Positions 1 through 9,852 of a stretch of 45,159 bases of DNA are shown here, one piece after another (the first letter of the stretch is position 1; each line of letters opens with the position of its first letter). The position numbers and the translations under genes are program-made. The notes beneath the pieces are model-generated. The model was not told where the DNA came from and searched no databases. It worked only from the letters and a program-made list of their open reading frames with translations. The stretch comes from Candidatus Dormiibacterota bacterium (GTDB lineage: Bacteria; Chloroflexota; Dormibacteria; Dormibacterales; Dormibacteraceae). The DNA is taken from positions 1 to 45,159 of the forward strand of contig DASRBU010000137.1 of the NCBI GenBank assembly GCA_035653475.1, given 5' to 3'.

Positions 1-20
1 ACCTTCGACCTTCTGGGCAT
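1..20 (-). CDS. istA: Probable IS21 transposase, first codons only (MPRRSKV...)
   Basis: ATG at 20-18 lies inside the IS end and reads off the window. Only ~7 codons are visible. Confidence 0.5.
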
Positions 21-77
21 GGCCCCACAGTCCGGTGCCTAGGTCGGCTCCTGGTGGACCCCTCGGTCGGCGCCCCA

Positions 78-136
78 AGGTGGGGCCAAATCAGACCAGC
101 ACTACCGCCCGAGGTGGGGCCAAATCAGAGCAGCAC
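78..136. repeat. 25-bp direct repeat x2 (AGGTGGGGCCAAATCAGA[C/G]CAGCAC), likely transposase-binding repeats
   Basis: Copies seen directly at 78-102 and 112-136. Confidence 0.9.
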
Positions 137-137
137 A

Positions 138-378
138 CCCAAGGGATCGTCGGGCGAGCATCACCCCCTCGCTCTGCTGGACTTCGTACCAGGCGAACCC
201 CTCGACCTTTCGTCGCCGACGGCGCCAGCCAGGGTGGGACAGCTCCTAGCCGCCCTGCACGTGGCCGTGGACGCTGCCCGGGAGCCCTTGCCCGTCAAGC
301 GGAAGCCAATGGCTCATCTGGCCTATCTGGAAGCCGCGCCCACCACGGAGCAGGAGCCTTGGTTGTCTGATGCCATCA
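138..378 (+). pseudogene. Internal fragment of an APH/homoserine-kinase-type phosphotransferase
   Basis: HPLALLDFVPGEPLD...VGQLLAALH resembles the APH hinge and helix. The 5' part is cut by the IS end and no HGD motif follows. Confidence 0.55.
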
Positions 379-759
379 GCCGTGTTTCAGGTGAACATGC
401 CCGGGCAGCCGTGTCATCAGCAACGATGGCGCGCCGCCGGTCGAAGTCCCAGCGACATCAGTAGCCACGATCGTCGGAACCGGTAGGCCGCTTCCCGCCA
501 CCACACCAAGGTTCGCGATCTCCTTCTCCAAGCTCTCCTCCTCGCCAAACCCCGCCGGGTACTGCCGCAGTACGACGAACCCACGCACCCCACGTCGCTC
601 GACGGTCAGCCGATGTACGGCGGAGCAGACGCCACCGGTCAATCGGCGATAGCCAACAACGCGACTGCCGCGACCCATCGACCCCGCAACCCAGGCAAAG
701 GTCTCCGCGGAAGGCCGACGCTGCTGGAAGCCGTTGTCCCTCCAGTCGCCATCAGTCAT
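376..759 (-). pseudogene. N-terminal half of an APH-family phosphotransferase, truncated
   Basis: LTGGVCSAVHRL, VVLRQY, E..NL..V...GLPVP and PSLLMTRLPG are APH N-lobe motifs. The ORF stops before the catalytic HGD/DW motifs. Confidence 0.65.
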
Positions 760-1051
760 GAGCGCAGCCTATTCATCAGGACCTGCGCCGAAGCGGGCCG
801 TTCCGAACCGCCAGAGGGTGTGCCCCTCCTGGGTGGCCGAGGGCTAGCCAGCATGGGTTGCCGCGAGGGCTACGGACCTTGACCGCCCGAACGCGTCTAT
901 CTCGCCCGCCTGACCCGACAACGGGCCCAATCTGAATGGCGGGGGATGAGCGCTCCCGACGCCCCTCACCGCCGGCGATGAGGACGCCTCGTGAGCATCA
1001 GCAGGCCGGCGCTGGGCGCCGTCCCTGAGCCACACCAGTAGGGTTCCGGAA

Positions 1052-1459
1052 ATGGCGAATACGGCTAAGGGAACATTCGAGATCGAGATGACCCCCGGGC
1101 CGGCAGAAGTCGCAGGAGCTGTGAGCCGCATCGAGTTCACCAAGACCTTCCACGGCGACCTTGAAGCTGCCGGAGCCGGTGTGATGCTCTCAAGTGGTAA
1201 CCCACAGGCCGGCACAGCTGGGTATGTCGCGATCGAGACGGTCGATGGCCACCTTGGCGGGCGACAGGGAACTTTCGCGCTCCAGCAATTCGGAACGATG
1301 CACAATGGCGAGCAGACACTGCATTACGAAGTGGTGCCCGGATCAGGGCACGGTGGGCTCGAAGGCATCACGGGGTTCCTCAAGCTCACGATCGACCCAG
1401 ACGGTACTCACAGGTACGAGCTCGCGTATGACATCGCGCCGCGCAATGGCACGGCCTAG
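1052..1459 (+). CDS. DUF3224 family protein
   Basis: AKGTFEI, KTFHGDLE, AGYVAIE, GTFALQQ, VVPGSG.G.LEGITG. TAGGGT -10 lies 7 nt before the ATG. Confidence 0.9.
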   Translation: MANTAKGTFEIEMTPGPAEVAGAVSRIEFTKTFHGDLEAAGAGVMLSSGNPQAGTAGYVAIETVDGHLGGRQGTFALQQFGTMHNGEQTLHYEVVPGSGHGGLEGITGFLKLTIDPDGTHRYELAYDIAPRNGTA

Positions 1460-1629
1460 ACGCGCTCACCCCCCGGGGACGGTCACAGGCGGACGGGTTC
1501 CCAGAGCATGCGCCGATCCTCCTCGGACGACCACGTGGTTGAAAATGAGCTAGTCGTCCCCCTATCCGGTGCATCTTCATATGGCGACGTGTCGCCCGCC
1601 CCACCACTCTGCGCGCGTACTATCAGCCT

Positions 1630-2091
1630 ATGACCGTCGCCGTGAGCGTGCAGATTGTTCACCCCCGCACCTTGGCTGCGGTCCGCCGTCAGGTTGCGGC
1701 GGGCGAGGTCGGCTCAGCGTGGGGCCCTGCCGTGAGCCAGGTGTGGGATTTCATCCGGAGCCAGCCGGGGTTGTGGTCTGGCGGCCACAACATCTTCGTA
1801 TACCACAACTCGAAGGAGCCGGGGGCGGCCGTCGTGTGCGACTTCGGCGTCGAGGTGACCCGGACCTTCGACGCTTTCGGCGAGGTGCGCCCGGCGGAGA
1901 CTCCTGGGGGCGAAGCCGCGGTTGCCGTACACCGGGGCCCTTACGATCGGATGCACGAGACCTACCGGGCCCTCGAGGAGTGGATCGCGGAGGAGGGGCG
2001 GGAGGCGACCGGGCAGGTTTGGGAGATCTACGGGGATCCGACCGCTGATCCCGCCAACGCCGAGACGACCCTCGTGAGCCTCCTCAAGTAG
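1630..2091 (+). CDS. GyrI-like small-molecule-binding protein
   Basis: TPGGEAAVAVHRGPYDRMHETYRALEEW and WEIYGDP. TACTAT -10 lies 6 nt before the ATG. Confidence 0.9.
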   Translation: MTVAVSVQIVHPRTLAAVRRQVAAGEVGSAWGPAVSQVWDFIRSQPGLWSGGHNIFVYHNSKEPGAAVVCDFGVEVTRTFDAFGEVRPAETPGGEAAVAVHRGPYDRMHETYRALEEWIAEEGREATGQVWEIYGDPTADPANAETTLVSLLK

Positions 2092-2320
2092 GGGGTCCAG
2101 CTCCGAAAGGCGGGCGAGGCTCTCACCACCATGATCCGCGAGCTCGCCCGGCCGAGCTGGTGCTTCACCAGGACCAACCAAGTGACCGACAGCCGGGGAA
2201 TAGGCGGGCTCCTGGCGTGCGAGCTGGCGAGGGCCGGGACAGCGGTAGCCGCTGGGGCGGCATGCCGTGTACCAGGCGTCCTGCCAAAGCACGACCCTAG
2301 CCGGGATGCCAGAATGCGCC

Positions 2321-3310
2321 ATGCCCAAGAGCCGCGAGATTCACCTGGTCGCCCGCCCCGACGGCCTGCCCACACCGGAGGGCTTCCAAGTCGTCCACGT
2401 CGACGTCCGGGACCCCGGGCCCGGGGAGGTGCTGGTCCAGAACCTGTACATGTCCGTCGACCCGGCCATGCGTCCTCGGCTGACAGCCGGCTACGAGCTC
2501 GACCAGGTGATGACAGGCGCGGCCATTGGGCGAGTGATCGCGTCAAATGCGTCGGGCCTTGCCGAGGGGGACCTCGTTCTCAGCTCCTATGGGTTCCGTG
2601 AGATCTTCGTCTCCCCGGAAGCTGGCCTGCGGAGGCTGGATCCCGTCCCGGGCCACCCGGTCACCGTGCACCTGCACGTGATGGGGGGAGCGGGCTTCAC
2701 GGCCTATGGCGGCATCCTTCATGTTGCGCGCTTACGCCCGGAAGACCGGGTCTTCGTATCAACGGCTGCAGGCGCGGTCGGCTCGCTGGCCGCCCAGATC
2801 GCCAAGATCCGGGGGTGCTGGGTGGTGGGCTCCACCGGCAGCGCTGAGAAGGCCGAGTGGCTGCGAGATGAGTTGGGCCTGGACGTGGCGATCAACTACC
2901 GAGACACCCCCATCAACCACGCCCTGCGCGAGGCCGCCACCGCCGGGATCGACGTCTACTTCGACAACGTGGGTGGCGATCACCTCGATGCCGCTCTGGC
3001 CCGGATGAACACCCTCGGCCGAGTGGCCGTTTGCGGGATGATTTCGGGCTACAACGAGCGAGGCGCCCGCACCACGGTGCACAATCTTGCCAACATCATC
3101 TACGGCCGGATCGAGATCCGAGGGTTCACGGCCGCCGACTTCGCCCACAAGCGCGCCGAATTCGTCGCTGACATGTCCCAGTGGCTGGCGGCCGGGCAGA
3201 TCAAATACCGCGAAACGATCCTGGAGGGAATCGAGGCGGCGCCCCGCGCCCTGATTGGTCTCTTCGAAGGCCTGAACACCGGCAAGATGCTGGTCAAGCT
3301 CGCCGACTGA
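2321..3310 (+). CDS. NADP-dependent oxidoreductase (MDR, CurA/PtgR-like)
   Basis: SREIHLVARPDG, YMSVDPAMR, STAAGAVGS, DVYFDNVGG, GLNTGKMLV. Start set at MPKSRE. Confidence 0.93.
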   Translation: MPKSREIHLVARPDGLPTPEGFQVVHVDVRDPGPGEVLVQNLYMSVDPAMRPRLTAGYELDQVMTGAAIGRVIASNASGLAEGDLVLSSYGFREIFVSPEAGLRRLDPVPGHPVTVHLHVMGGAGFTAYGGILHVARLRPEDRVFVSTAAGAVGSLAAQIAKIRGCWVVGSTGSAEKAEWLRDELGLDVAINYRDTPINHALREAATAGIDVYFDNVGGDHLDAALARMNTLGRVAVCGMISGYNERGARTTVHNLANIIYGRIEIRGFTAADFAHKRAEFVADMSQWLAAGQIKYRETILEGIEAAPRALIGLFEGLNTGKMLVKLAD

Positions 3311-3314
3311 GCCG

Positions 3315-3359
3315 ATCTGTCGGCTCACTTGATGAATCTGTCGGCTCACTTGATGAATC
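3315..3359. repeat. 21-bp tandem duplication (ATCTGTCGGCTCACTTGATGA x2 + ATC)
   Basis: Perfect copies at 3315-3335 and 3336-3356. Confidence 0.9.
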
Positions 3360-3459
3360 AGTCCGGGGGGGACGCGTCATTCCTTTCAAGGCGAGGAGAA
3401 ATGGCTGACATCGCCGGGCGTGGCGGAGTCCTCGTCGACATGGGCGTCCGGATTCTGCG

Positions 3460-3619
3460 CGCATGCCAACACGCTCAAGCCGAGCTGCTCAAGTTGTCGA
3501 CGCGGTCGGCGCTGATCGTGGCGACCGAGAGCGGACATGGCGTGCCTATCAGCCAGCCGTCACTAATCTCCGAGGCAGCCCTGAGGATGGTTGACCAGAC
3601 GGCCGGGCCGCCGACGTGA
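3460..3619 (+). pseudogene. C-terminal remnant of an alpha/beta hydrolase
   Basis: QAELLKLSTRSALIVATESGHGVPISQPSLISEA matches the catalytic-His tail of alpha/beta hydrolases. No upstream body is present. Confidence 0.55.
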
Positions 3620-3634
3620 ACCGCGAGCGGCATC

Positions 3635-4078
3635 GTGGAGGCCAGCTCTCGCTCGATTCGACACCTGTCACCGGAGGAAGTCGATGCCGTCGGCATGGCT
3701 CTTGGGCTGGCGCGCCTGCACCAGGGCAATGGGTTCTATCTGGTGGCCTGGGAGGGCGACGAACCAGCCGGACACCTCCACTTGGCACTGACGAGTCCTC
3801 CAGAACTGCAGGACGTCTTTGTTCGGCCCGAGTTCCGGCGACGCGGTATCGGTCGTGCCCTCACCGAAGTCGCAGAGCGAGAAGCGACGAACCGGGGCTT
3901 CGATCGAATGAGGCTGACCGTGGGGATAGACAACCTCCAGGCCCAGGCCCTCTACCTGTCGTGCGGATATCTCGATACGGGGGCGCCTCCGAGGCGCGTT
4001 CAGGGAACGATCCAGGTCCGGACGGGGCCGATCGAGGTTGATGACACACTCCTCATCTGGGAGAAGGCCCTGTCATAA
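3635..4078 (+). CDS. GNAT family N-acetyltransferase
   Basis: VFVRPEFRRRGIGRAL acetyl-CoA motif and N..AQALY..CGY. Confidence 0.9.
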   Translation: MEASSRSIRHLSPEEVDAVGMALGLARLHQGNGFYLVAWEGDEPAGHLHLALTSPPELQDVFVRPEFRRRGIGRALTEVAEREATNRGFDRMRLTVGIDNLQAQALYLSCGYLDTGAPPRRVQGTIQVRTGPIEVDDTLLIWEKALS

Positions 4079-4243
4079 TCGGTTCCCCCGAGGGTGCGCA
4101 GGCGCGACGCCCGAGCGAGTGGAGCGCGGCTTTCCCGATCAGCTCTGCAGTGATTCGGATTGGCTTGACCAGTCGCCCGACTGAGCTCGGCGCAGAGCCT
4201 CTGCCCTATCATCAACCGCGGTGCGGATGCTGAAGGGGCTGGA

Positions 4244-5311
4244 ATGGCCGTAGCGAGGATCGGGCTGCTGTGGCGTGGCGAGCCAGGAGCACCGATGCCT
4301 CCTCGGGCCGAAGCGATGCTGGGACCGCTCTGCTCGGCTTTCGCCGAGCTCGACGTGGACGTGTAGCAGGTCGTCTACGCCGATGACGCCATCGCCGAGG
4401 TCCGAGGCGAGCTTCTGAGCCTGGACGGGGTGCTGGTCTGGGTCAACCCCATCCAGAACGGCGCCACCCGGGTTCATCTCGATGCTCTCCTGCGCGACAT
4501 CGTCGATGCCGGGGTGTCGGTCTCTGCCCATCCCGACGTCATCGACCGGATGGGGACCAAGGAGGTGCTCTTCGACACCCGGTCGCTGGGATGGGGCAGC
4601 GACACGGCCATCTACCGCTCCCCTGAGGATCTTGCTCAGGAGTTCCCGGGCCGTCTCGCCTTGCACCGCCGCCTGGTGGTCAAGCAGGCCCGGGGTACTT
4701 CGGGCAACGGGGTCTGGAGGGTGGAGCTCGCCGAGGGTGCACCCGGTGCACCCGGTCCGGAGACCCGCGTCCTCGTCCAGCGCTCCGAGCCCCGAGGGGT
4801 GACTCCCCTGGAGGAGGCCACCCTGCGGGGCTTCTTGGAGGAATGCCGGGCCTACTTTGCATGGTCTGGGTCCATGATCGATCAGCCCTACATCGACCGG
4901 TTGGCTGAGGGCATGGTGAGGGTCTATCTCGTCCACGATCGGGTCATCGGCTTCTGCCACCAGTGGCCCAAGGGCCTGCTCACCCCCGTCGCGGGAGAGG
5001 AGGCCCCCGCGCCAGTGGTCATGCCGAAGATGGAAGATCCCGACGCCGCCGCCTATGCCTTCCTGCGGGCCAAGGTCGAGTCTGACTGGGTACCGGCGAT
5101 GAAGAAGCTGTTGGGGATCGCCACCCACGAGCTTCCTGTCGTCTGGGACGCGGACTTCCTGTATGGGCCCAAGACCGGGTCCGGGGAGGACACATATGTT
5201 CTCTGCGAGATCAATGTGCAGGCGGTCTGGCCCTACCCGACCCAGGGGTCCGCGCGCCTTGCCCAAGCCGCCCTGGACATGGTGTCTGCGTCTCGGGTGA
5301 CGCAGGTGTGA
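4244..5311 (+). pseudogene. Cj0069-like ATP-grasp protein with an in-frame TAG at 4364-4366
   Basis: ATG at 4244 gives MAVARIGLLWRG...DVDV*QVVYADDAIAEVRGELLSLDGVLVWVNP, in frame with ORF 4430-5311 (MGTKEVL, VVKQARG.SGNGVW, WDADFLYG, LCEINV). Confidence 0.75.
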
Positions 5312-5445
5312 GGGCTGGGTTCGTTCACACCCCGGCGTGATCCGCAGGGACGCAGCCCCGGCGGCCCAAGGGTCGAATCGACGGCCGACGAGCCCGATCT
5401 GAGGGCGTGAGGGACCCGGGAACCGGAGCGCGCTAGCGTTCGCAA

Positions 5446-6375
5446 ATGGCCGAGCCGCGGCAAGTGCTCGATCTACTCAACCGGGCAGCAGTCAGCGAGC
5501 TCGCTCGGTTGGTGGCGCCGAGGCTGGAGGGCTGGGACGCTGACTCCTGGATTCGCGACCATTGGGTTGCCGGACTCGAATCGCTTCTTGGCCGGCAACC
5601 CCGAGTCGTCAGCGAGATCCCCGTGTCGTCCACGCTTACGCGGTTCCACCTCGAGGGTGAGCAAGGCACCGCCGTGGCCACGATCATCCTGGACCACGAA
5701 GGTCGATGGTTCGGGGCGTCACTCAAACGCCGCTTCGCTGAGGGCATCGCCAACATCGTCCTTCAGTGTCCGTGGAACGAAGACCAGGCGGCAATGTCCG
5801 CGTTGTACGACGATCTTCTCCACCTCGATCCATGGGATGTTCCGCGCCTCGTGTTCGACGAAGGCGCCCCGGATGATCCCCGACCGCGCTGGCCCGATCC
5901 AGCCTATCCGCAGCAGATGCACCTTGACATCCGGGTCGGCGACCTTGACGCCGCCGAGGCTCGTGTCCTGGCACTCGGCGCGACCCGCCTCGCTGTGCTC
6001 GAAGACCACCGCGTATATGCGGACATCGTCGGTCACCCGTTCTGCTTATATCGCGCTGACGTGCCGACTCCGCTGCTATGGCGCCTCGTCATCGACGCTC
6101 GCGACCCCGATGCCCTTCAGAGGTTCTACCAGCTCCTCCTCGGGAGCGACACGACACCCGCGCTCGCCTTCCAGCATTCGGACGCCGAGCCGCCACGCTG
6201 GCCCGACCCGGCGCACCCCGCTCAGGTCCACGTCGATCTGATGTTCGACGACCCGGAACCGATCGCCGAGCGTGTCGTCCAGCTCGGCGGCTCGATCCTT
6301 CGCCGCCGCGACGGGTTCCCTGTGTACGCCGATCCCGCCGGCCACCCGTTCTGCATCGGGCGGCCCGGCGAGTAG
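5446..6375 (+). CDS. VOC/glyoxalase family protein with two VOC modules and an N-terminal extension
   Basis: PRWPDP..P.Q.H.D and VYAD..GHPFC each occur twice. Confidence 0.85.
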   Translation: MAEPRQVLDLLNRAAVSELARLVAPRLEGWDADSWIRDHWVAGLESLLGRQPRVVSEIPVSSTLTRFHLEGEQGTAVATIILDHEGRWFGASLKRRFAEGIANIVLQCPWNEDQAAMSALYDDLLHLDPWDVPRLVFDEGAPDDPRPRWPDPAYPQQMHLDIRVGDLDAAEARVLALGATRLAVLEDHRVYADIVGHPFCLYRADVPTPLLWRLVIDARDPDALQRFYQLLLGSDTTPALAFQHSDAEPPRWPDPAHPAQVHVDLMFDDPEPIAERVVQLGGSILRRRDGFPVYADPAGHPFCIGRPGE

Positions 6376-6478
6376 GCGCCGTGCCCGCGGTTTGGTGAGA
6401 CTCCTCCCGCCCTCTCGCCGAAGCGGGGCGCAGCAGCAGGCCGTCAGAAGGAAGTGCACTTAGAGCTGGAAGGCAGCA

Positions 6479-6820
6479 TCAGTCAAAGTCATCGAACACC
6501 AGCATTTTGTTGCCGCGCCGCCGCCAGAGGGTGCCATGAAACGGCAGCTGCCCTGGAGCCGGCCGTGGTATCCCCTCATGGGAGCCGTCATAGAACCTCG
6601 GCTCGATCTCCTGACTCCAGACGCGCTCCCTGTCCTCGTCTGAGATCCATCGCAGTGACCTCCGCTCGGCGTGAACACCGATGCGCACCGCTCGATCCGC
6701 CAGAAGGCGTACCACGGCGTCACGACTCAGTTCACCGCGGACTCGGTGCCACAGATTGCCCGAATCATCGGTGAGCAGGTCCTCGGAGATTCGATTGTGA
6801 CTGCGAATCGATCGCGGCAT
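6479..6820 (-). CDS. Hypothetical protein (113 aa)
   Basis: Protein-like composition from MPRSIRSH. CATCAT -10-like box lies 6 nt before the ATG. Confidence 0.6.
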   Translation of the reverse strand: MPRSIRSHNRISEDLLTDDSGNLWHRVRGELSRDAVVRLLADRAVRIGVHAERRSLRWISDEDRERVWSQEIEPRFYDGSHEGIPRPAPGQLPFHGTLWRRRGNKMLVFDDFD

Positions 6821-7349
6821 TCGCCCATGATGACGCCGGCTCGGCTCCCGCCGCTCCGGTTCGGCCTCCCATCCGGTGTGGGTCGGCCCTTGCCCCGCCG
6901 GAGTCGTAGAGCGGGGAGCGGTCCTATGCCGGGCCGTCTCGACTGGCCGGATCGTGTCGACCGGCGGAACGTCGGGCGCACCCCCTTCCCCCACGCCATC
7001 TCCAGCCGGGCAGACGAGTTCGTCTTGACAAGAAGGCCATGGGGCGCGACAACGAGAACGACCGGCGGCTTTGGGAGGGGTGCGTGAGCAAGATGACTAT
7101 GCCCGATCCCAGGCCTTTTGAACGGCTGGACGTCCACAACGCCCAGGTGGACCAGCTGGAGATTCCAGTGAATTCGGCCACCTGTTCCGGCTGATTCCGG
7201 CCACCTGTTCCGGCTGAAAGCGGCCACCTCTGGTCGCAGTGGCGGCAGCGCCGGGATCAACGCGTCAGCAGCGGTGGATGGACATCACCTCCTGGGTTCG
7301 GAAGGGTATGCCGGCGAGGCTGTGCGCACCGGCAATTCGGTTGGGATCG

Positions 7350-8123
7350 TCAGGTCTGGCGGACATCGCCGTTCCCGTCCTCGTCGATCGGAGCCGGTTG
7401 GCGCCGACGCTGCGAGGGGCCCCTCATGACGATGCGGTGGGAGCCGGCGCAGAGCCGGTCCAGGATTGCCTCGGCCAGAGTGGGATCGGCCATGGCCGCG
7501 TGCCACTTGTCCACCGGCAGCTGGGAGGCGACGACGGTGGAGCGCCGTGCGGCTCGGTCTTCGATCACCTCCAGCAGGTCCCGACACTCCTCGACCGTGG
7601 CCGGGCTCAAAAGGAAGTCGTCCAACACCAGCAGCGACACCCGGGCCATCTGGGCCAGGATCCGCACGTAGCGCCCGTCGGCCCGGCCCCGGGCCAACTC
7701 CTCCAGGAGCCGGGGAGCGCGGACGTAGGCGGCGGTGTGACCCTGGCGCATGGCGGCGTTGGCCAGGGCGCAGGCGATGTAGCTCTTGCCGCATCCCGTC
7801 GCCCCGGTGATCAAGCAGTTGTGGGCCCGGGTGACCCAGCCGGCTCCGGCCAGGGAGGTGATCGTCGCCCGGTCGAGTCCGCGGGGGGTGCGAAAGTCGA
7901 TGTCTTCCACCGCTGCCGGGTAGCGCAGCTTGGCTGCCTTGAGGCGGTTGGCCAGCCGGCGGGAGTCCCGGGCATCGGCCTCCCGATCGGCCAGCAGGCC
8001 CAGGCGGTCCTCGAAGGCCAGCTCGTTCCAGGGGCCGGGCGTCTCGAGCTGCTCGGCCAACCCGGCGGCCATGGCCCCGAGGCCCAGGTTCTCCAGCTTG
8101 GACACGGTGAGATTCACGAGCAT
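7350..8123 (-). CDS. istB: IS21 helper ATPase IstB
   Basis: Walker A GATGCGKS, Walker B LLVLDD, ASQLPVDKW, AEAILDRL. Confidence 0.96.
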   Translation of the reverse strand: MLVNLTVSKLENLGLGAMAAGLAEQLETPGPWNELAFEDRLGLLADREADARDSRRLANRLKAAKLRYPAAVEDIDFRTPRGLDRATITSLAGAGWVTRAHNCLITGATGCGKSYIACALANAAMRQGHTAAYVRAPRLLEELARGRADGRYVRILAQMARVSLLVLDDFLLSPATVEECRDLLEVIEDRAARRSTVVASQLPVDKWHAAMADPTLAEAILDRLCAGSHRIVMRGPSQRRRQPAPIDEDGNGDVRQT

Positions 8124-9676
8124 CCCTCCGCCTCCTCGGCGTAGTACTCAGCACCGCGCAGGTTGTCGTGTTCCGGTGGTGGTGGGGCGACGGCCGGTTC
8201 GGGCAGGGGCAGGCGGTCGAGGTTCTCGGCCAGGATGGACTTGACCGAGGAATAGGAGATGGCCCCGACGGCCAGGGCCCGGGCCGAGGCCGCTCCCACC
8301 CGATCGTTGCCATAGCGCCGGGCCAGGCTCATGATCCCCAGACACGCCCGATAGGCATGTTCGGGATGGGGGCGGGACTCGAGGATCCGCTCGACCAGCT
8401 CGGCCGTGGTCGCCGAAACCGTGCCGGCCCAGGACACCAGCCGCTCGGGGTTCCACTCCAGATGAGCCCGATGCGAGGGCGGCATGTGGGCCGGGTCGGT
8501 GATGTAGCGCCGCCGGCCCCGCTCCCGGGGATGAGAGGCGATGCGCACCCCGCCCTTTAGCACCTCGACTGTCTCCGCCGTGATGCGGCACTCCACCTTC
8601 TGACGCACGTAGCGATAGGGGACCGAGTAGAAGTGACCGTCGCCGGCGTCCACGTGGTAGTCGATGTGGACCGTGGCCTTGCGCCAGGTGGCCAGCTCGA
8701 AGCGGGCGGCGGGAAGGGGACGCAGGTAGCCCGCCTCCAGTTCAGTGAAGAGATCGTCCCGGCTGGTGGGCTCGCCCCGGAACTCCTTGGCGTTGAGCTC
8801 GGCCAGCTTGGCGGCGATGGCCTCGTTGAGCTCGGCCAGGGAGTGGAAGCTTCGGTTGCGCAGCGGGGCCAGCACCCAGCGCTCCACGGCCAGGACCCCG
8901 GCCTCGGCGGCGGCCTTATCCCGGGGCTTGCGTGGTCGCGCCGGCAGCACCACGGTGTCGTAATGGGCGGCCAACTCGGCATAGGCGGGGTTGATCTCGG
9001 GGTCATACCAGCACGCCTTGGTCACCCCGGAGCGGAGGTTGTCCGGCACGGTGACGGCCGCCACCCCGCCGTAGTGGTCCCAGGCCGCCACATGGGCTGA
9101 CAGCCACGAGTCCAGGTCCTGGCCCCGGGTGGCCCGGGCGAAGACCTTGCCCGAGGCGCCGAGCACGGCCACAAAGATCTCGGCGGCATGAACCTCACCG
9201 GTGTCCGGATCGACCCAGCTCATCCTGTCTCCGGCGAAGTCGACGAACATCCTGTCCCCACCGGCATAGGACAGGCGCATCACTATGTCCTGGGCCCCGA
9301 GCCAGGTCCGGTAGTGGTGGCAGAACTGGCTGTATCGCCAGCCGTCGGGGTGGTCCGCCTTCCACTCGATCCACAACAGGCGCAGGGTCACGTGATGGCG
9401 GGGGTTCTTCAACTCCTTATGGATTGACCGCCAGTCTGGGACGGGCCGGACCTCGACTTGAACTGCGGCGGGGAACAGGGCCGCCTCCAGGGCCTCGGCG
9501 TCCATGTCCTCGGGCAGGGGCCAGGACAATCCGGCCTCGGCGGCCCGACGCAGGTACTCGGTCACCGTGGATCGGGCGATGTCCACGCTGGTGGCGATGT
9601 CTCGGTTGGAACGGCCCTGCGCGGCCAGGCGCAGGACCTCGGTGATCTTCCTCATGGGTAGCTTCCTCCTCGGCAC
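8114..9676 (-). CDS. istA: IS21 DDE transposase IstA
   Basis: N-terminal HTH, MFVDFAG, VPDNLRSGV, PRDKAAAE, FYSVPY. Overlaps the istB start. Confidence 0.96.
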   Translation of the reverse strand: MPRRKLPMRKITEVLRLAAQGRSNRDIATSVDIARSTVTEYLRRAAEAGLSWPLPEDMDAEALEAALFPAAVQVEVRPVPDWRSIHKELKNPRHHVTLRLLWIEWKADHPDGWRYSQFCHHYRTWLGAQDIVMRLSYAGGDRMFVDFAGDRMSWVDPDTGEVHAAEIFVAVLGASGKVFARATRGQDLDSWLSAHVAAWDHYGGVAAVTVPDNLRSGVTKACWYDPEINPAYAELAAHYDTVVLPARPRKPRDKAAAEAGVLAVERWVLAPLRNRSFHSLAELNEAIAAKLAELNAKEFRGEPTSRDDLFTELEAGYLRPLPAARFELATWRKATVHIDYHVDAGDGHFYSVPYRYVRQKVECRITAETVEVLKGGVRIASHPRERGRRRYITDPAHMPPSHRAHLEWNPERLVSWAGTVSATTAELVERILESRPHPEHAYRACLGIMSLARRYGNDRVGAASARALAVGAISYSSVKSILAENLDRLPLPEPAVAPPPPEHDNLRGAEYYAEEAEGCS

Positions 9677-9852
9677 TCGGCCTCCTCGCTGACAGCCGTC
9701 GGAAGCCGTCGAGTGAAGGGGGCCGGGTGCCCCATTTGGTGGATGGTGGAGGCGCTAGCTCCCTGCGACAGGGGTGGCCGGAATCGGCCGGAACGGGTGG
9801 CCGGTTTCCTCCGGAATGGGTGGCCGGTTTCCGCCGGAATCAGTGGCCGATT

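Larger units (their letters stand above)
1..137 (-). mobile_element. Left end of an IS21-family element (continues beyond window start)
   Basis: Terminus reads TGTGCTGCTCTGATTTGGCCCCACC on the minus strand (TG start typical of IS21). 25-bp repeats at 78-102 and 112-136 differ by 1 base. A minus-strand ATG at 20 begins MPRRSKV, resembling actinobacterial IstA N-termini. Confidence 0.65.

Noticed and set aside
4364-4366. Pyrrolysine recoding of the TAG
   Set aside because: There are no pyl genes in view, the position is not recognisably catalytic, and a single GAG-to-TAG change explains it.
7170-7230. 23-bp tandem repeats (and those at 9773-9850) as a CRISPR array
   Set aside because: There are no unique spacers or cas genes. 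They are IS21 terminal transposase-binding repeats.
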